DNA of 64,000 bases from a bacterium (GCA_963675755.2 CAXXMD010000002.1:1440001-1504000); one strand, 5' to 3'. Positions 19,379-29,388 are shown, counted from the stretch's first letter. The notes: generated by a model from the letters alone, not told the origin. A program made the numbers and translations.

Positions 19379-21556
19379 TTAACGAACCACAACAAGTTTT
19401 TGGTAAGACAGTTCGCCATCAGGTTTTTCAAAAATAACGATATATACTCCACTCGCAATTACCTGCTGGCTGGAGGTAAGCATGTCCCATCTTGTCGAAC
19501 CGGCAAGAACCGGGCTTTCATGCTCGATAGTTTGTACCAGATCACCAAATTCGGTACAAATTTTAATCGTCACTTTAGGAGGAAGATTAAAAAAGATAAT
19601 TCCACGTTGATCAGTCCAACCGTATGTCAACAGCGCCGGATCATTGATGTTATAAGGATTAGGCACAATGCGAATTTTAGACAAATCGTCCTGTGAACGA
19701 CGTGGTGGATCAATCCATTGAGTTGTAGGATTATAAACACGACCGCTCCAGATGATATTACCTCTTTCACGGGGTGAAGCATTCATATCGTTTTCAGGTA
19801 CTCTTACGCCTGCCTGAACATAGTAATAATATGAAGCACCTGGCAGTACACTGGTATCCTGGAAAACATGTTCTCCATTTGATCCATTGCTGCCATCTGT
19901 AGTATAAGCAACATCAAAGAATGTAGTATCTTGATTAGAGATTTTACGCATTACACGGTAACCCGCAAAATTTTCCATTTGTTCAGCTTCAGCATCAGTC
20001 CATTTAACTTCTGCATATTCCGGAAAACCGGTAATGGTTACAGCTGGTGGTGGAGGTGACATGGGCACCATGTATTTGTGATCATAATTCCACTGTGCCT
20101 CATAGGCAGCTTTATGCAAAGAGTCAATACCAGTGCTGATCCACAGATCTTTATTGATATCATACTGATTTGCATCTACAGGGAATTTGAAATTATCTGG
20201 AAAGTATCCTGTTTCTGCATTGGGAAGATTTGCAGGAGCTTCCAGGGTTTTGTTATACCAACCGTTACCAACTTCTTTCATCTTTTCAATACCAATGCCA
20301 GATTCACCACTTGCGTATGCAATGTGCAGTGACTGGCCAGGTTCAAAAGTATAAGGACCAAATACAACATAACGTCTTGGGAAAGCACCATCGTGGCTAT
20401 GACCAACACCCATTGCATAACAATCCGGGCTGCCAAATTCATCAGTGTTCATACGATGGTATGTACCTTCATAGTTACCTTCCATTTTAAGACCATCTTC
20501 TTTACCAAAATATCCCTGCAGGTATTTTTGGTATTTTTCACCCAATGGATCATTGGGATAACCAGAAGGATCATCAATTGGCAAATTCTGAGATGTCATG
20601 GTAAAGGTTACTTTGGGTTGCATTAGATCATTAACAGAATTATCAGCAGTACCGGTAAAAGGAGCCTCTGACGCATGCAAAATGGCCCACCATTCGAAAC
20701 CAGTTTCAATCATACGGCCTTTTTGTGATACTACGGGGCCACCCATCATATCACCAGACGCGCGTGGATCATCTGCCATATACTGATAGAAAATACGCAG
20801 ACTGTCACCAGGTTTTGCACCATAGTAATGCAGCCATTCTGTCTGAGATGCCCAACCTTCATTATCATCAGGACTGGGATTAAGACCATTAGCTCTCTGA
20901 GTACCTGATTCCTGTTGCCACATAAAAATAACAAAATCATTCAGAGTCTGATCACCATTGTGGGTAAAATCAAGTTCTGTTATAATATAATCATCATGAT
21001 ATTGATTTGAAAAAGCAACAACCTTGCGGCTCAATTCAACACCATTGTCATAACGAGTTGTATAAGTAACGGATTGATCGCTGTTACCGATCATTTTTGA
21101 AGCATCTACATTACCGTACCAGTCTAGTGTAACATCTTCAAAGTTTACAACACTTTGATTGTAACCATAACGTGTGCTGCTCTCCAAAGGTACTACATTG
21201 TCACCTTCAGGTTTATCAGGAGGAGAAGGTACAAAAAGTGAATACGGAACGGTTTCACCTTCGTAATTATAATTACTGGCAGCAAGAAAGATATTACCAC
21301 CGGTGTAACATTCACCCCATTGCATATTATTACCAATGGCGTTGATATCTGCGGGGAACCATCCACTGGTAAAATCTGCTGACACATTGCCACCGCCATC
21401 ACTGGCATTTGCCCAGTAACGACCAACTTTGATCAATGTAGATTTTACAGCTGCTGTGGCTGGATCCCAAAACAACAGTGTAAATAATAACAAGATTACC
21501 ATTCCCAGACTTAACGGGGAAAATAGTAGTCTTTTATGTAAAATCTGTTTCCTCAT
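19379..21556 (-). CDS. Secreted protein with a T9SS-type C-terminal sorting domain (putative glycan-binding partner of the TonB receptor)
   Basis: Signal peptide and FN3-like segment (FAGYRVMR...DTSV..G.SYYYYV). C-terminus IRIVPNPY...FFNLP..TIKI.T..GDLV..I...WD......IASGVYI......KLVVVR. Confidence 0.7.
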   Translation of the reverse strand: MRKQILHKRLLFSPLSLGMVILLLFTLLFWDPATAAVKSTLIKVGRYWANASDGGGNVSADFTSGWFPADINAIGNNMQWGECYTGGNIFLAASNYNYEGETVPYSLFVPSPPDKPEGDNVVPLESSTRYGYNQSVVNFEDVTLDWYGNVDASKMIGNSDQSVTYTTRYDNGVELSRKVVAFSNQYHDDYIITELDFTHNGDQTLNDFVIFMWQQESGTQRANGLNPSPDDNEGWASQTEWLHYYGAKPGDSLRIFYQYMADDPRASGDMMGGPVVSQKGRMIETGFEWWAILHASEAPFTGTADNSVNDLMQPKVTFTMTSQNLPIDDPSGYPNDPLGEKYQKYLQGYFGKEDGLKMEGNYEGTYHRMNTDEFGSPDCYAMGVGHSHDGAFPRRYVVFGPYTFEPGQSLHIAYASGESGIGIEKMKEVGNGWYNKTLEAPANLPNAETGYFPDNFKFPVDANQYDINKDLWISTGIDSLHKAAYEAQWNYDHKYMVPMSPPPPAVTITGFPEYAEVKWTDAEAEQMENFAGYRVMRKISNQDTTFFDVAYTTDGSNGSNGEHVFQDTSVLPGASYYYYVQAGVRVPENDMNASPRERGNIIWSGRVYNPTTQWIDPPRRSQDDLSKIRIVPNPYNINDPALLTYGWTDQRGIIFFNLPPKVTIKICTEFGDLVQTIEHESPVLAGSTRWDMLTSSQQVIASGVYIVIFEKPDGELSYQKLVVVR

Positions 21557-21605
21557 AATTGTCTCCAGTCGGTTAAAATGAAAACCAATTTACATTTCAG
21601 GTTCA

Positions 21606-24600
21606 TTAAAAGTCCACCTTTAAACCAAACCATATTTGTCTCTGTTCACCATACATCAGGAATGTTCTATCTGGATCGTTGATATATGGCTTGTCATCAG
21701 ATCGCAAATCACCGGGTTTGTCATCACCGGCAATATATTCGCCAGGATAGAGTTCACGCAGTTTATCAAACTCGGGTGAATCATACATGGGCAGATGTAA
21801 TGATCTGAGATATTTGTTAGTATCATCACCATTTGAAAATGGATAACCATAAGCCATCAGGTTGACTTTGTAATTGAATACATTGTCAACATCCATATAG
21901 AATGTAAAATTGGTATGTTTGGCGGTAAAGGTTTTGCTGAGACGCATATCGACCATGAAATAGTCAGGCCAGTTCATATTGTCTTCAAGATGAAGTTTGC
22001 TCAATGGATTCCAGGTAAAAAATTCACCTTTTCTCCAGGTGGGAAGAACACTGAGATGAAAATCGCTCAGTACATGATAACCCGCAACTTGAGGACCGAA
22101 TTCAGCAGGAGTATGGAAAATAACATTTGCTGTAAAATCAGGTTGTGGTTTTGGACGAGATTCATCACCCTGGTACAAACCTTCCTGATCACTCATTACA
22201 TTATCTTCGGTAATCATACTACGACCGGTAGTACCGCTTTTAGTGATCATATAACGGAAATTCAACCAACCAGAAATCCAGGTACCTGTCTGTTTGGTAA
22301 TGGTTAATTCAACACCTTGAATATCTTCATAATTATTGTTTGCTCTGTAATCATAATTCAACAAACCAGAGGTATCTCTGTAATTGATATCACCATGTTG
22401 ACCGGTAATATCTTTATAAAAACCAGCCACATGAACCAAATACTGATCTACCAGATTATAATCTACACCCAATTCATAAGCAATAGTTCTGGGTGGTTCA
22501 AGATTGGGATTACCCAATTCTTCCAAATTATTTTTACTTGAATTACGATAATGGTTCAAGAACATTTTTGAATAAGGAACAGTTGAACGAAAATGTCCAT
22601 AGTTAAAATAGATTTTAGAACGGTCAGTTACTGGAAAAGAAACACCTAAACGTGGACTAATTGAGAGTTGATTCTCAATATCTTTGAACAATTCAGGATG
22701 ATCTTGAGCATATTCTTCCAATTGTGCCCAAATATGTGATTCACGATCTTGCAACATACCGATCAAAGTATCAGAATCTCTTACTTCCCAGGCTTCTGTA
22801 GCAAACAGATCACCATCAGGCCATTGGCCGCCGCCAGCGTTGTAATAATCCATACGCAAACCAATATTTGCAACCATACCTTCAAAAGTCAGTTGATCTT
22901 GAATATATGCACCAAACTGTTTGGGTTTTCTATGATATGCAAATTCAAAAGTATTGTTTACATACGCAGGTCTTTCTTTCCACTGGAACATATCAATATC
23001 AAAATAATTATATTCAATACCGGTTTTCAGATAGTTGTGATCTGTAACCTGGCTGCCCAAATGAAATTTAACACGGTATTGTTGTTCTTTAGAATCATCA
23101 TACAAGTTACCACCTTTGTTACCAAAACGTTCAGTAACACCTGGCAACTGTTCATAATAATTCCATTCCCAATCTTCTACATAATAACTGCTTTCAGCAG
23201 AGTAACGACCATAAGGCATCTCAGTAACTGAAATTGGGCCGAAACGTGCTTTAACATCGGTATTACGGGTATCTTCGGGATAAGATTTATTATTACTAGC
23301 CATGTAACTCATTGTTAATTCCCAAAAAGTTTTGGGGCTGATAACATGGTTCAAAGTAATACCACCCATTTTGGTGTAAACATCCATTGCAGTATAATAA
23401 GTGGGATACAACCAGTAAGCAGTTCCATCACCTACCCAGGTGTCAAGATTGTTAATTCTCATCAAACCACCACGACCATCTCCACTAGGAACATCGCCAG
23501 CAGCAGAACGGCTTGGGCTTACACCCGCAATCTTGCGATAAAAGCCATTGGCTTTTAAAGACAAGTTGTCAGTAATATTGGATTTTACTGTCAACATAGT
23601 CATGGTAGTAAATTCATTATCACGAATAACGGGTTGAGTATAGTAGTATTTTGAAGTCTGGTTAGACAAATAAAAAGTAGCATTTCCCAACGCTTTACCT
23701 ACCAGTGGAACGGGACCACCAAAACCAGCGTCAAACTGATAATCTGAAGAAGAACCTTCTTCATCGTGTGCATGATCAATTAAAGCTTGTTGCAGATTAG
23801 AAGGAACTTCATAACCTGCTGCACTTAATGCAGAAAAATCGGGTACAGCCTGGAACATCCACGCAGATGCCAAGTATAAATCAAGAGGAGTAACTTGGTC
23901 AGCAGGATCTTTACCAGCATTATAACTTTCTGCTTGCGCGTTCCATCCGCTGAATGTACGGAATTGTTCTTGCATATAATCATCACCGGCCCATCCTGCA
24001 GCAGTACCGACAAATGCTACCTGAGGATCAAAATAAGAACGGAGCAGCCAGTTATTTGTATCATAAGCAGATTGGCCAAACCGTTTGGGAGAACCGGTTG
24101 ACATAGAATAATTCAATTGTCCATGATATTGTGGAGAGCCATCCTTGGTTACTACGTTGATCAGACCGGAACGAAAGTTACCATACTCTGCGTTAAAACC
24201 ACCGGTCAAAACAGATACCTGCTCAATTGCGCTGAGCGGTATAGTGGATTGTGCGTTACCCAAGGTAGCGTCAACAAATGTTAATCCATTGATCATGGTA
24301 CCGGTCTGGTCAGCTGAACCTCCACGAATTCCCAAGTTTTCAGCATCTGTAATACCAGCCTGTTTTGACAAAAAATCGCCAACAGAACGAACACCTGCGG
24401 CATCTTCAATCAGATCACCGGTAATTACTTGTTGACTGTTGGATACGTCTTTTTGAAGGATTTGACGATCAGCAACAACGGTTACTTCCTGCCCCTCAAT
24501 AACGGCAGTCTGTAAATCGAAATTTACTGTACGAACTTGGTCAAGAGAAATTAAAACATTTGTTTTGATTAATTTTGTATACCCCATCATTGATGCTTCA

Positions 24601-24851
24601 AGATTGTAGGTGCCAACCGGAATATTCACAATTGTAAAACGACCTTCAATATTGGTTGCAGCCCCCATCATGGTGCCTTGAATGGTAACATTTACTCCAG
24701 GTAATGCTTCCTGGGTTTCAGCATCCCGAACGATACCAGCAAGTCTACCGGTTGTTTGGGCATGCAAAGAGAAAGAAATCAGCAGCAATAGAAATACTGA
24801 AGCCAATTTCATTTGAAAATGTTTGGAAATTAATCGAGTTATCATTCCCAT
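21606..24851 (-). CDS. TonB-dependent receptor with an N-terminal carboxypeptidase-regulatory-like domain
   Basis: TGRLAGIVRDAETQEALPGVNV; plug IRGG...INGL...TGGFNAEYGN.RSG.IN.VTK; ISPRLGVSFP, GNPNLEP; terminal FGLKVDF. Confidence 0.92.
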   Translation of the reverse strand: MGMITRLISKHFQMKLASVFLLLLISFSLHAQTTGRLAGIVRDAETQEALPGVNVTIQGTMMGAATNIEGRFTIVNIPVGTYNLEASMMGYTKLIKTNVLISLDQVRTVNFDLQTAVIEGQEVTVVADRQILQKDVSNSQQVITGDLIEDAAGVRSVGDFLSKQAGITDAENLGIRGGSADQTGTMINGLTFVDATLGNAQSTIPLSAIEQVSVLTGGFNAEYGNFRSGLINVVTKDGSPQYHGQLNYSMSTGSPKRFGQSAYDTNNWLLRSYFDPQVAFVGTAAGWAGDDYMQEQFRTFSGWNAQAESYNAGKDPADQVTPLDLYLASAWMFQAVPDFSALSAAGYEVPSNLQQALIDHAHDEEGSSSDYQFDAGFGGPVPLVGKALGNATFYLSNQTSKYYYTQPVIRDNEFTTMTMLTVKSNITDNLSLKANGFYRKIAGVSPSRSAAGDVPSGDGRGGLMRINNLDTWVGDGTAYWLYPTYYTAMDVYTKMGGITLNHVISPKTFWELTMSYMASNNKSYPEDTRNTDVKARFGPISVTEMPYGRYSAESSYYVEDWEWNYYEQLPGVTERFGNKGGNLYDDSKEQQYRVKFHLGSQVTDHNYLKTGIEYNYFDIDMFQWKERPAYVNNTFEFAYHRKPKQFGAYIQDQLTFEGMVANIGLRMDYYNAGGGQWPDGDLFATEAWEVRDSDTLIGMLQDRESHIWAQLEEYAQDHPELFKDIENQLSISPRLGVSFPVTDRSKIYFNYGHFRSTVPYSKMFLNHYRNSSKNNLEELGNPNLEPPRTIAYELGVDYNLVDQYLVHVAGFYKDITGQHGDINYRDTSGLLNYDYRANNNYEDIQGVELTITKQTGTWISGWLNFRYMITKSGTTGRSMITEDNVMSDQEGLYQGDESRPKPQPDFTANVIFHTPAEFGPQVAGYHVLSDFHLSVLPTWRKGEFFTWNPLSKLHLEDNMNWPDYFMVDMRLSKTFTAKHTNFTFYMDVDNVFNYKVNLMAYGYPFSNGDDTNKYLRSLHLPMYDSPEFDKLRELYPGEYIAGDDKPGDLRSDDKPYINDPDRTFLMYGEQRQIWFGLKVDF

Positions 24852-24954
24852 CTCCTTTTAATTATTGTCAAAATGGATTATTTGTTGCATGCATGTAATG
24901 TTGAAAATCACCTCCTTTTGCTATTTTATTTTTTACATTGTTAGGTTTAACTGC

Positions 24955-25046
24955 TGTTGCTGCCTTCCTTTTCAGCAACAACAATTAATATATGTAGAAT
25001 AAATACTGCCTTAGCTAATCCTGCTCCTAAAATCAGGAGCAGGATT
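24955..25046. promoter_or_regulatory. Two stem-loops in the leader of the TonB-receptor operon
   Basis: TGTTGCTG-N10-CAGCAACA at 24955-24980 and a perfect 12-bp AATCCTGCTCCT-N6-AGGAGCAGGATT at 25017-25046; neither has a clear U-tract. Confidence 0.5.
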
Positions 25047-25217
25047 TAGGGTAAAGGAGACGTTCAACTGCCACGAGAAATGATAATTGGGTAGTATTAT
25101 CCAAATGACAACTTAAACGTTATAGTTGGAATTTTGTATTTTTTAGGGATATTATCAACGCCAGATCACGTATTTCTTTCACCAAAATGCGCATTGATAA
25201 ATGAGGGGAAATTTGGT

Positions 25218-25261
25218 AAAAAAAGAAATATGTGCGATAAAATTAATTACCGCACATATTT
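25218..25261 (-). terminator. Probable intrinsic terminator downstream of the xylR-like gene
   Basis: AAATATGTGCG...CGCACATATTT inverted repeat followed on the minus strand by a long U-tract. Confidence 0.6.
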
Positions 25262-25391
25262 TGCATTTTAACATAACATGTTAATTATATTGAAAATAGA
25301 TTACAATGGCCCAAAACTAGAATAAAACTAAAAAAACAACTGAATATTTATTCAGTTCCATGTTTTACCAATTTGCGCACACATGAAAATT

Positions 25392-26564
25392 TTACATTTT
25401 TTTACAAGTGTGCTCTTTTCTAAATTCCAGAGGAGTCATTCCCACCATATCTCGAAAATATCGAGAAATATGAGCTACATCCGGAAAATCCAGATAACTG
25501 GCTATTTCTGTTATCGTCATATCAGATTCTACTAACAATTTTCGTATTCGCAAAATACGGGCTTGTTTTATTTCAAAATGCACTGATCTGTCAAGTTCAC
25601 GTCGGAATTTTTTTTCAAGTTGCCGCCTTGATATAGCTACAGCACGTGCCACCTGGTCCACTTTAAGTGCCTGTTGGTTATGCTGGTGTATATATTTAAC
25701 TGCCTGTGCTACTGTCTCATCCTGTACTGTCAGGATATTTGATGATTGCCGGACAATAACTTTGACCGGCTGTATTGATACAAGATTATCTTCATCTTTT
25801 TTTCCATTAATCCAGTTGGCTAGTTTTTGAGCAGCTTCATACCCGGATTTTTCCAAATCAAGTTGAATACTGGATATAGGTGGATACGATGTGTCACAAA
25901 GGGTTATATCGTTCCCAACACCCAAGATTGCAATATCGTCTGGCACACGCATTCCGGCAATCTTGGAAGCCTCAACAAGCTGTGCTGCTCTGTCATCATT
26001 ACATGCCATAATAGCTATCGGCTTTGGTAATGTTTCTAACCACTGCGCAATCAATGTTGGTTCTTCAAACCATGCAGCATGACTGTTATTTAACGGGGGT
26101 GTATAAAAACGGATATCATATCCGGCATCAATTACGGTTTGTGAAAAACCCAATTCCCGCTCCAGAGACCACCACCAATCATTAAAACCACAAAAAGCAA
26201 AATGCCTGAAACCACGTTCCAGCATATGCTTTGCACCCATTTCGCCAATGGCTTTATGATCTGCAACAATATTAATTACATCATTAATCTTTCGTTTAGA
26301 GTAAGGAGCACTAATAATAGGAATACCTGATTTTATATACTCTTCAAGATTCTCGGGTTCACGCAGAAAAACGCCCTGAACCATTTTCGAATGGATCATA
26401 TCCATTAATTGTGCATTTCTTCCGGTATTACGATAATCAAAAGACCGACATATGGCCCAATCGTGCGCAGAGGATTTAGCATACTCGGTAAATCCTTGTA
26501 TCAATCCAAATGTATATTTTCTCTTGGGTTGAATTAACAATAAAATATTTTTTAAATTTTCCAT
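25392..26564 (-). CDS. XylR-type transcriptional regulator (LacI-like sensor + C-terminal AraC HTH)
   Basis: HMLERGFRHFAFCG, LPKPIAIMACND, VPDDIAILGV, PPISSI; C-terminal SRRQLEKKFR...ITEIA..LDF....SRYFR..GMTPLEFR. Confidence 0.9.
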   Translation of the reverse strand: MENLKNILLLIQPKRKYTFGLIQGFTEYAKSSAHDWAICRSFDYRNTGRNAQLMDMIHSKMVQGVFLREPENLEEYIKSGIPIISAPYSKRKINDVINIVADHKAIGEMGAKHMLERGFRHFAFCGFNDWWWSLERELGFSQTVIDAGYDIRFYTPPLNNSHAAWFEEPTLIAQWLETLPKPIAIMACNDDRAAQLVEASKIAGMRVPDDIAILGVGNDITLCDTSYPPISSIQLDLEKSGYEAAQKLANWINGKKDEDNLVSIQPVKVIVRQSSNILTVQDETVAQAVKYIHQHNQQALKVDQVARAVAISRRQLEKKFRRELDRSVHFEIKQARILRIRKLLVESDMTITEIASYLDFPDVAHISRYFRDMVGMTPLEFRKEHTCKKM

Positions 26565-26597
26565 AATCGTTCTGCTTTAATTGTTCTAGAAAACATT

Positions 26598-28151
26598 TTA
26601 AATATCCAAAGTTATTGATGTTAACTCTAACTGTCTGTCAACCAATTTTTTATCAACATAAATAGACAATCCTTTCCCGTGTTCGTATTTTTTTCCAGAT
26701 TCATCCCAAATAATTGTCAAATTATGACCTCTAACCTTAACATTGTCCAGACAAAACCAAGCCCACTGTTTTTCAGGAACAAGTGGTGAAATCTTAACAT
26801 GCCCATCTTTTTGAGCTTGTAAACCAACAAGCCCGGATATAATCAAATCACAAAAAGTTGAATGATTGTAAAAGATACTTCGAGGGTTATCTCCCTTTAA
26901 CCACTCTCCGGTGGTTTCATCCTGGTATTCCCCAATATAAGGATAACCATTTTTCTGATGCGAATGGGCATAAAGTTTTAAAGCATCAAAATAATGTTTT
27001 TTTAACATTGAATGGTTTTTGTAATGATGCAACAAATTAGACAATCCATTCAAAGTTTGAGAGGTTGCAAATGGCCAAATAGCCCCATCCCATTCACAAC
27101 TTCCTGTTCCGTGAGTTCTAAACTGAGGGTGCCTCATCTCGGCGGTTGTCAACCCCCATGGTGCAGCAAAACCCTGTTTATCCAAAATCTGGTTCCATGC
27201 CTGCGCATACAGCTGTTCATCATAAGGCAGATCAAACATCCAGGGAATGTAACCAATCTCTTCTCTTGCATCAGACAAGGAACCATCCGTAAAACGGACT
27301 TTGAAAAAATGCGCATTAGAATCCCAAAGTTTATCATGAACCCATTTTCTCAGATGCTCTGCCCTTTGCTCAAAATCAGATACTATTTCATCACGACCTG
27401 CTAATCGTCCAATTTCAGCAATGGCTAAAGCATTGGCATACATATAGCTATTGATTGTAGGACGTGCATTCTGTTGTTTTCGTGACCCGCTAATAGATTC
27501 TTCCATGCCATCTTTAACATCATGCTGCCAAAACAACCCCGAATCCAGTTGACGTTCATGTTCCCAACGTTCATAGTCTTTAATAAAATCATCCAATAAA
27601 TCAACTACAAAACTCGTATCACCATTCACTAAAAACCGTTGATAGATCGCATCAGGAGCCCAACTGCTAAATTGGTGAATATGTTCCTGGGGACCATTAT
27701 TATTTTTTCTGAACCAGAATTGGATATATTGATCAATATACTGGTCATCCATTAACCATCTGCCTTCTGCAATGTGGTGCCCTAACGCACAACTAATTGT
27801 ATTATACTTGCCGGCATGTTTGACAGGGGTAATAAATTCCGTAAATACAAATCCATCTGGAGTTTGTTTGAGATGTTTTCTAAATGTCCACCAGCGGTAA
27901 TAATAAATCTTTTCTAATTCTTTATCAGGACATTCAAACAAGGGGATATTTTGACCAAGCCAGGTTTTGGCATTGGCATCAGGAATGAAATTGACTACTG
28001 CTTCTGTGTTATTTTCATTAAATTCATGAATATATTGGAAAAAAATAGAGGAATCCAGTACAGAGCCCGACAACTCTGCAGACTCTTTAACTTGAGTGCA
28101 AGAAGTAAAAGGAAAAAAGAAAACTATCAAGATCATCCAAACAAACCGCAT
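26598..28151 (-). CDS. GH142-like beta-L-arabinofuranosidase (MGH1-like six-hairpin), lipoprotein
   Basis: NIPLFECPD..LEKIYYYRWWTFRKH, ISCALGHHIAEGRWL, DGMEESISG, RPTINSYMY, CEWDGAIWPFATSQT, YNHSTFCDLII. Confidence 0.75.
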   Translation of the reverse strand: MRFVWMILIVFFFPFTSCTQVKESAELSGSVLDSSIFFQYIHEFNENNTEAVVNFIPDANAKTWLGQNIPLFECPDKELEKIYYYRWWTFRKHLKQTPDGFVFTEFITPVKHAGKYNTISCALGHHIAEGRWLMDDQYIDQYIQFWFRKNNNGPQEHIHQFSSWAPDAIYQRFLVNGDTSFVVDLLDDFIKDYERWEHERQLDSGLFWQHDVKDGMEESISGSRKQQNARPTINSYMYANALAIAEIGRLAGRDEIVSDFEQRAEHLRKWVHDKLWDSNAHFFKVRFTDGSLSDAREEIGYIPWMFDLPYDEQLYAQAWNQILDKQGFAAPWGLTTAEMRHPQFRTHGTGSCEWDGAIWPFATSQTLNGLSNLLHHYKNHSMLKKHYFDALKLYAHSHQKNGYPYIGEYQDETTGEWLKGDNPRSIFYNHSTFCDLIISGLVGLQAQKDGHVKISPLVPEKQWAWFCLDNVKVRGHNLTIIWDESGKKYEHGKGLSIYVDKKLVDRQLELTSITLDI

Positions 28152-28168
28152 AATCTTTTCCTACTTAA

Positions 28169-29170
28169 TTATGACCCACAAGAACGGCGAATCACAAGCT
28201 TGGTTTTTAATACGACATGGACCGTTGGGCGGTCATTATTCTCAATACGCTGAAATAACATTTCAGCTGCCCGCCTGCCAATTTCATAACCCGGTTGGCT
28301 AACAGCGGTTAAAGGTGGATTTAGAGAATTTGCCCAATACATATCATCAAATCCCACAATCGCGATATCATTGGGTATATTTAAATTTAATTGATGTATA
28401 CTCTCAAACGCTCCCAAAGTTAACAGGTTATTACCTGTAAACAAAGCCGTGGGAGGATTTTTCATCTGTAGTAATTCTATGGTTAACTGTTGTCCACTGT
28501 CACGTTTGGAATCGCTGAATTTTACCAGCGTTTCATCATAATCAATACCATAATCCTGCAGAGCCTGTTTATATCCATCCAAACGCTGCCTGCTTGTTGG
28601 TATACGAATTAATCCGGATATAAACCCAATATGTTTATGACCAAGATCAATCAATAATTTTGTTGCATCATATGCACCTTTAAAATTATCAACAACAACG
28701 GCATCTACATCAATATCATTCATCCCCCTGTCAACACAGACAATGGGCAAGCCACGTTTTACAAGTTCAATTATGGTTTCGTCATGTTCATCAAGTGGGG
28801 CTGCAATGAGCCCATCAACAGATTCGGATTTGAGGATATCAAGATAAAGTTTTTCTCGTTTTTCATTTTGAGAAAAATTACTTGCCAAAACAGCATATTC
28901 ATTATCATAAGCTGTATCTTCAATACCTTGTAAAACATCAATATAAAATGGATTTTGAATATCAGGAATTACAATACCAATAATATTACTTTTCTTTTGT
29001 TGATGTCGAAGACGTTGCGCGGTACGACTGGGGATATAATTAAGAGATTGTATTACTTTTTCAACTTTTTTACGGGTTTCAATACTTACACTGGTATCAT
29101 TGTTCAAAACACGTGATACAGTAGCAGTTGAAACACCAGCTTTATAAGCTACATCCCTTAATTTGACCAT
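28169..29170 (-). CDS. LacI-family transcriptional regulator
   Basis: LRDVAYKAGVSTATVSRVLN HTH; GIVIPDIQNPFY, IAIVGFDD, PPLTAVSQP. Confidence 0.95.
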   Translation of the reverse strand: MVKLRDVAYKAGVSTATVSRVLNNDTSVSIETRKKVEKVIQSLNYIPSRTAQRLRHQQKKSNIIGIVIPDIQNPFYIDVLQGIEDTAYDNEYAVLASNFSQNEKREKLYLDILKSESVDGLIAAPLDEHDETIIELVKRGLPIVCVDRGMNDIDVDAVVVDNFKGAYDATKLLIDLGHKHIGFISGLIRIPTSRQRLDGYKQALQDYGIDYDETLVKFSDSKRDSGQQLTIELLQMKNPPTALFTGNNLLTLGAFESIHQLNLNIPNDIAIVGFDDMYWANSLNPPLTAVSQPGYEIGRRAAEMLFQRIENNDRPTVHVVLKTKLVIRRSCGS

Positions 29171-29173
29171 ATC

Positions 29174-29187
29174 TGATATCGATTACA
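29174..29187. promoter_or_regulatory. Putative LacI-type operator just upstream of the lacI start codon
   Basis: Near-palindrome TGATATCGATTACA with a central CG, fitting the TGNAANCGNTTNCA LacI-family pattern, 3 nt from the ATG. Confidence 0.55.
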
Positions 29188-29356
29188 TCATGTTTTTATT
29201 GCAATTAAAGTGAAATAGGTTAAAATAAATGAAATTGTTTACATTATAATTTACATTATTTCTAATAGAAATCAAGTAAAAAATATAATAGTCAGTTTTT
29301 AATGGGAGAATTTTAACTGGTTTGTTTTGGTGAGGCAATGATAACAGACCTGAAAC

Positions 29357-29382
29357 AAAAATAGCCCCATTAGTGGGGCTAT
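29357..29382 (-). terminator. Intrinsic terminator after tRNA-Met
   Basis: ATAGCCCC-N6-GGGGCTAT hairpin followed by TTTT on the minus strand. Confidence 0.8.
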
Positions 29383-29388
29383 ACTGTG

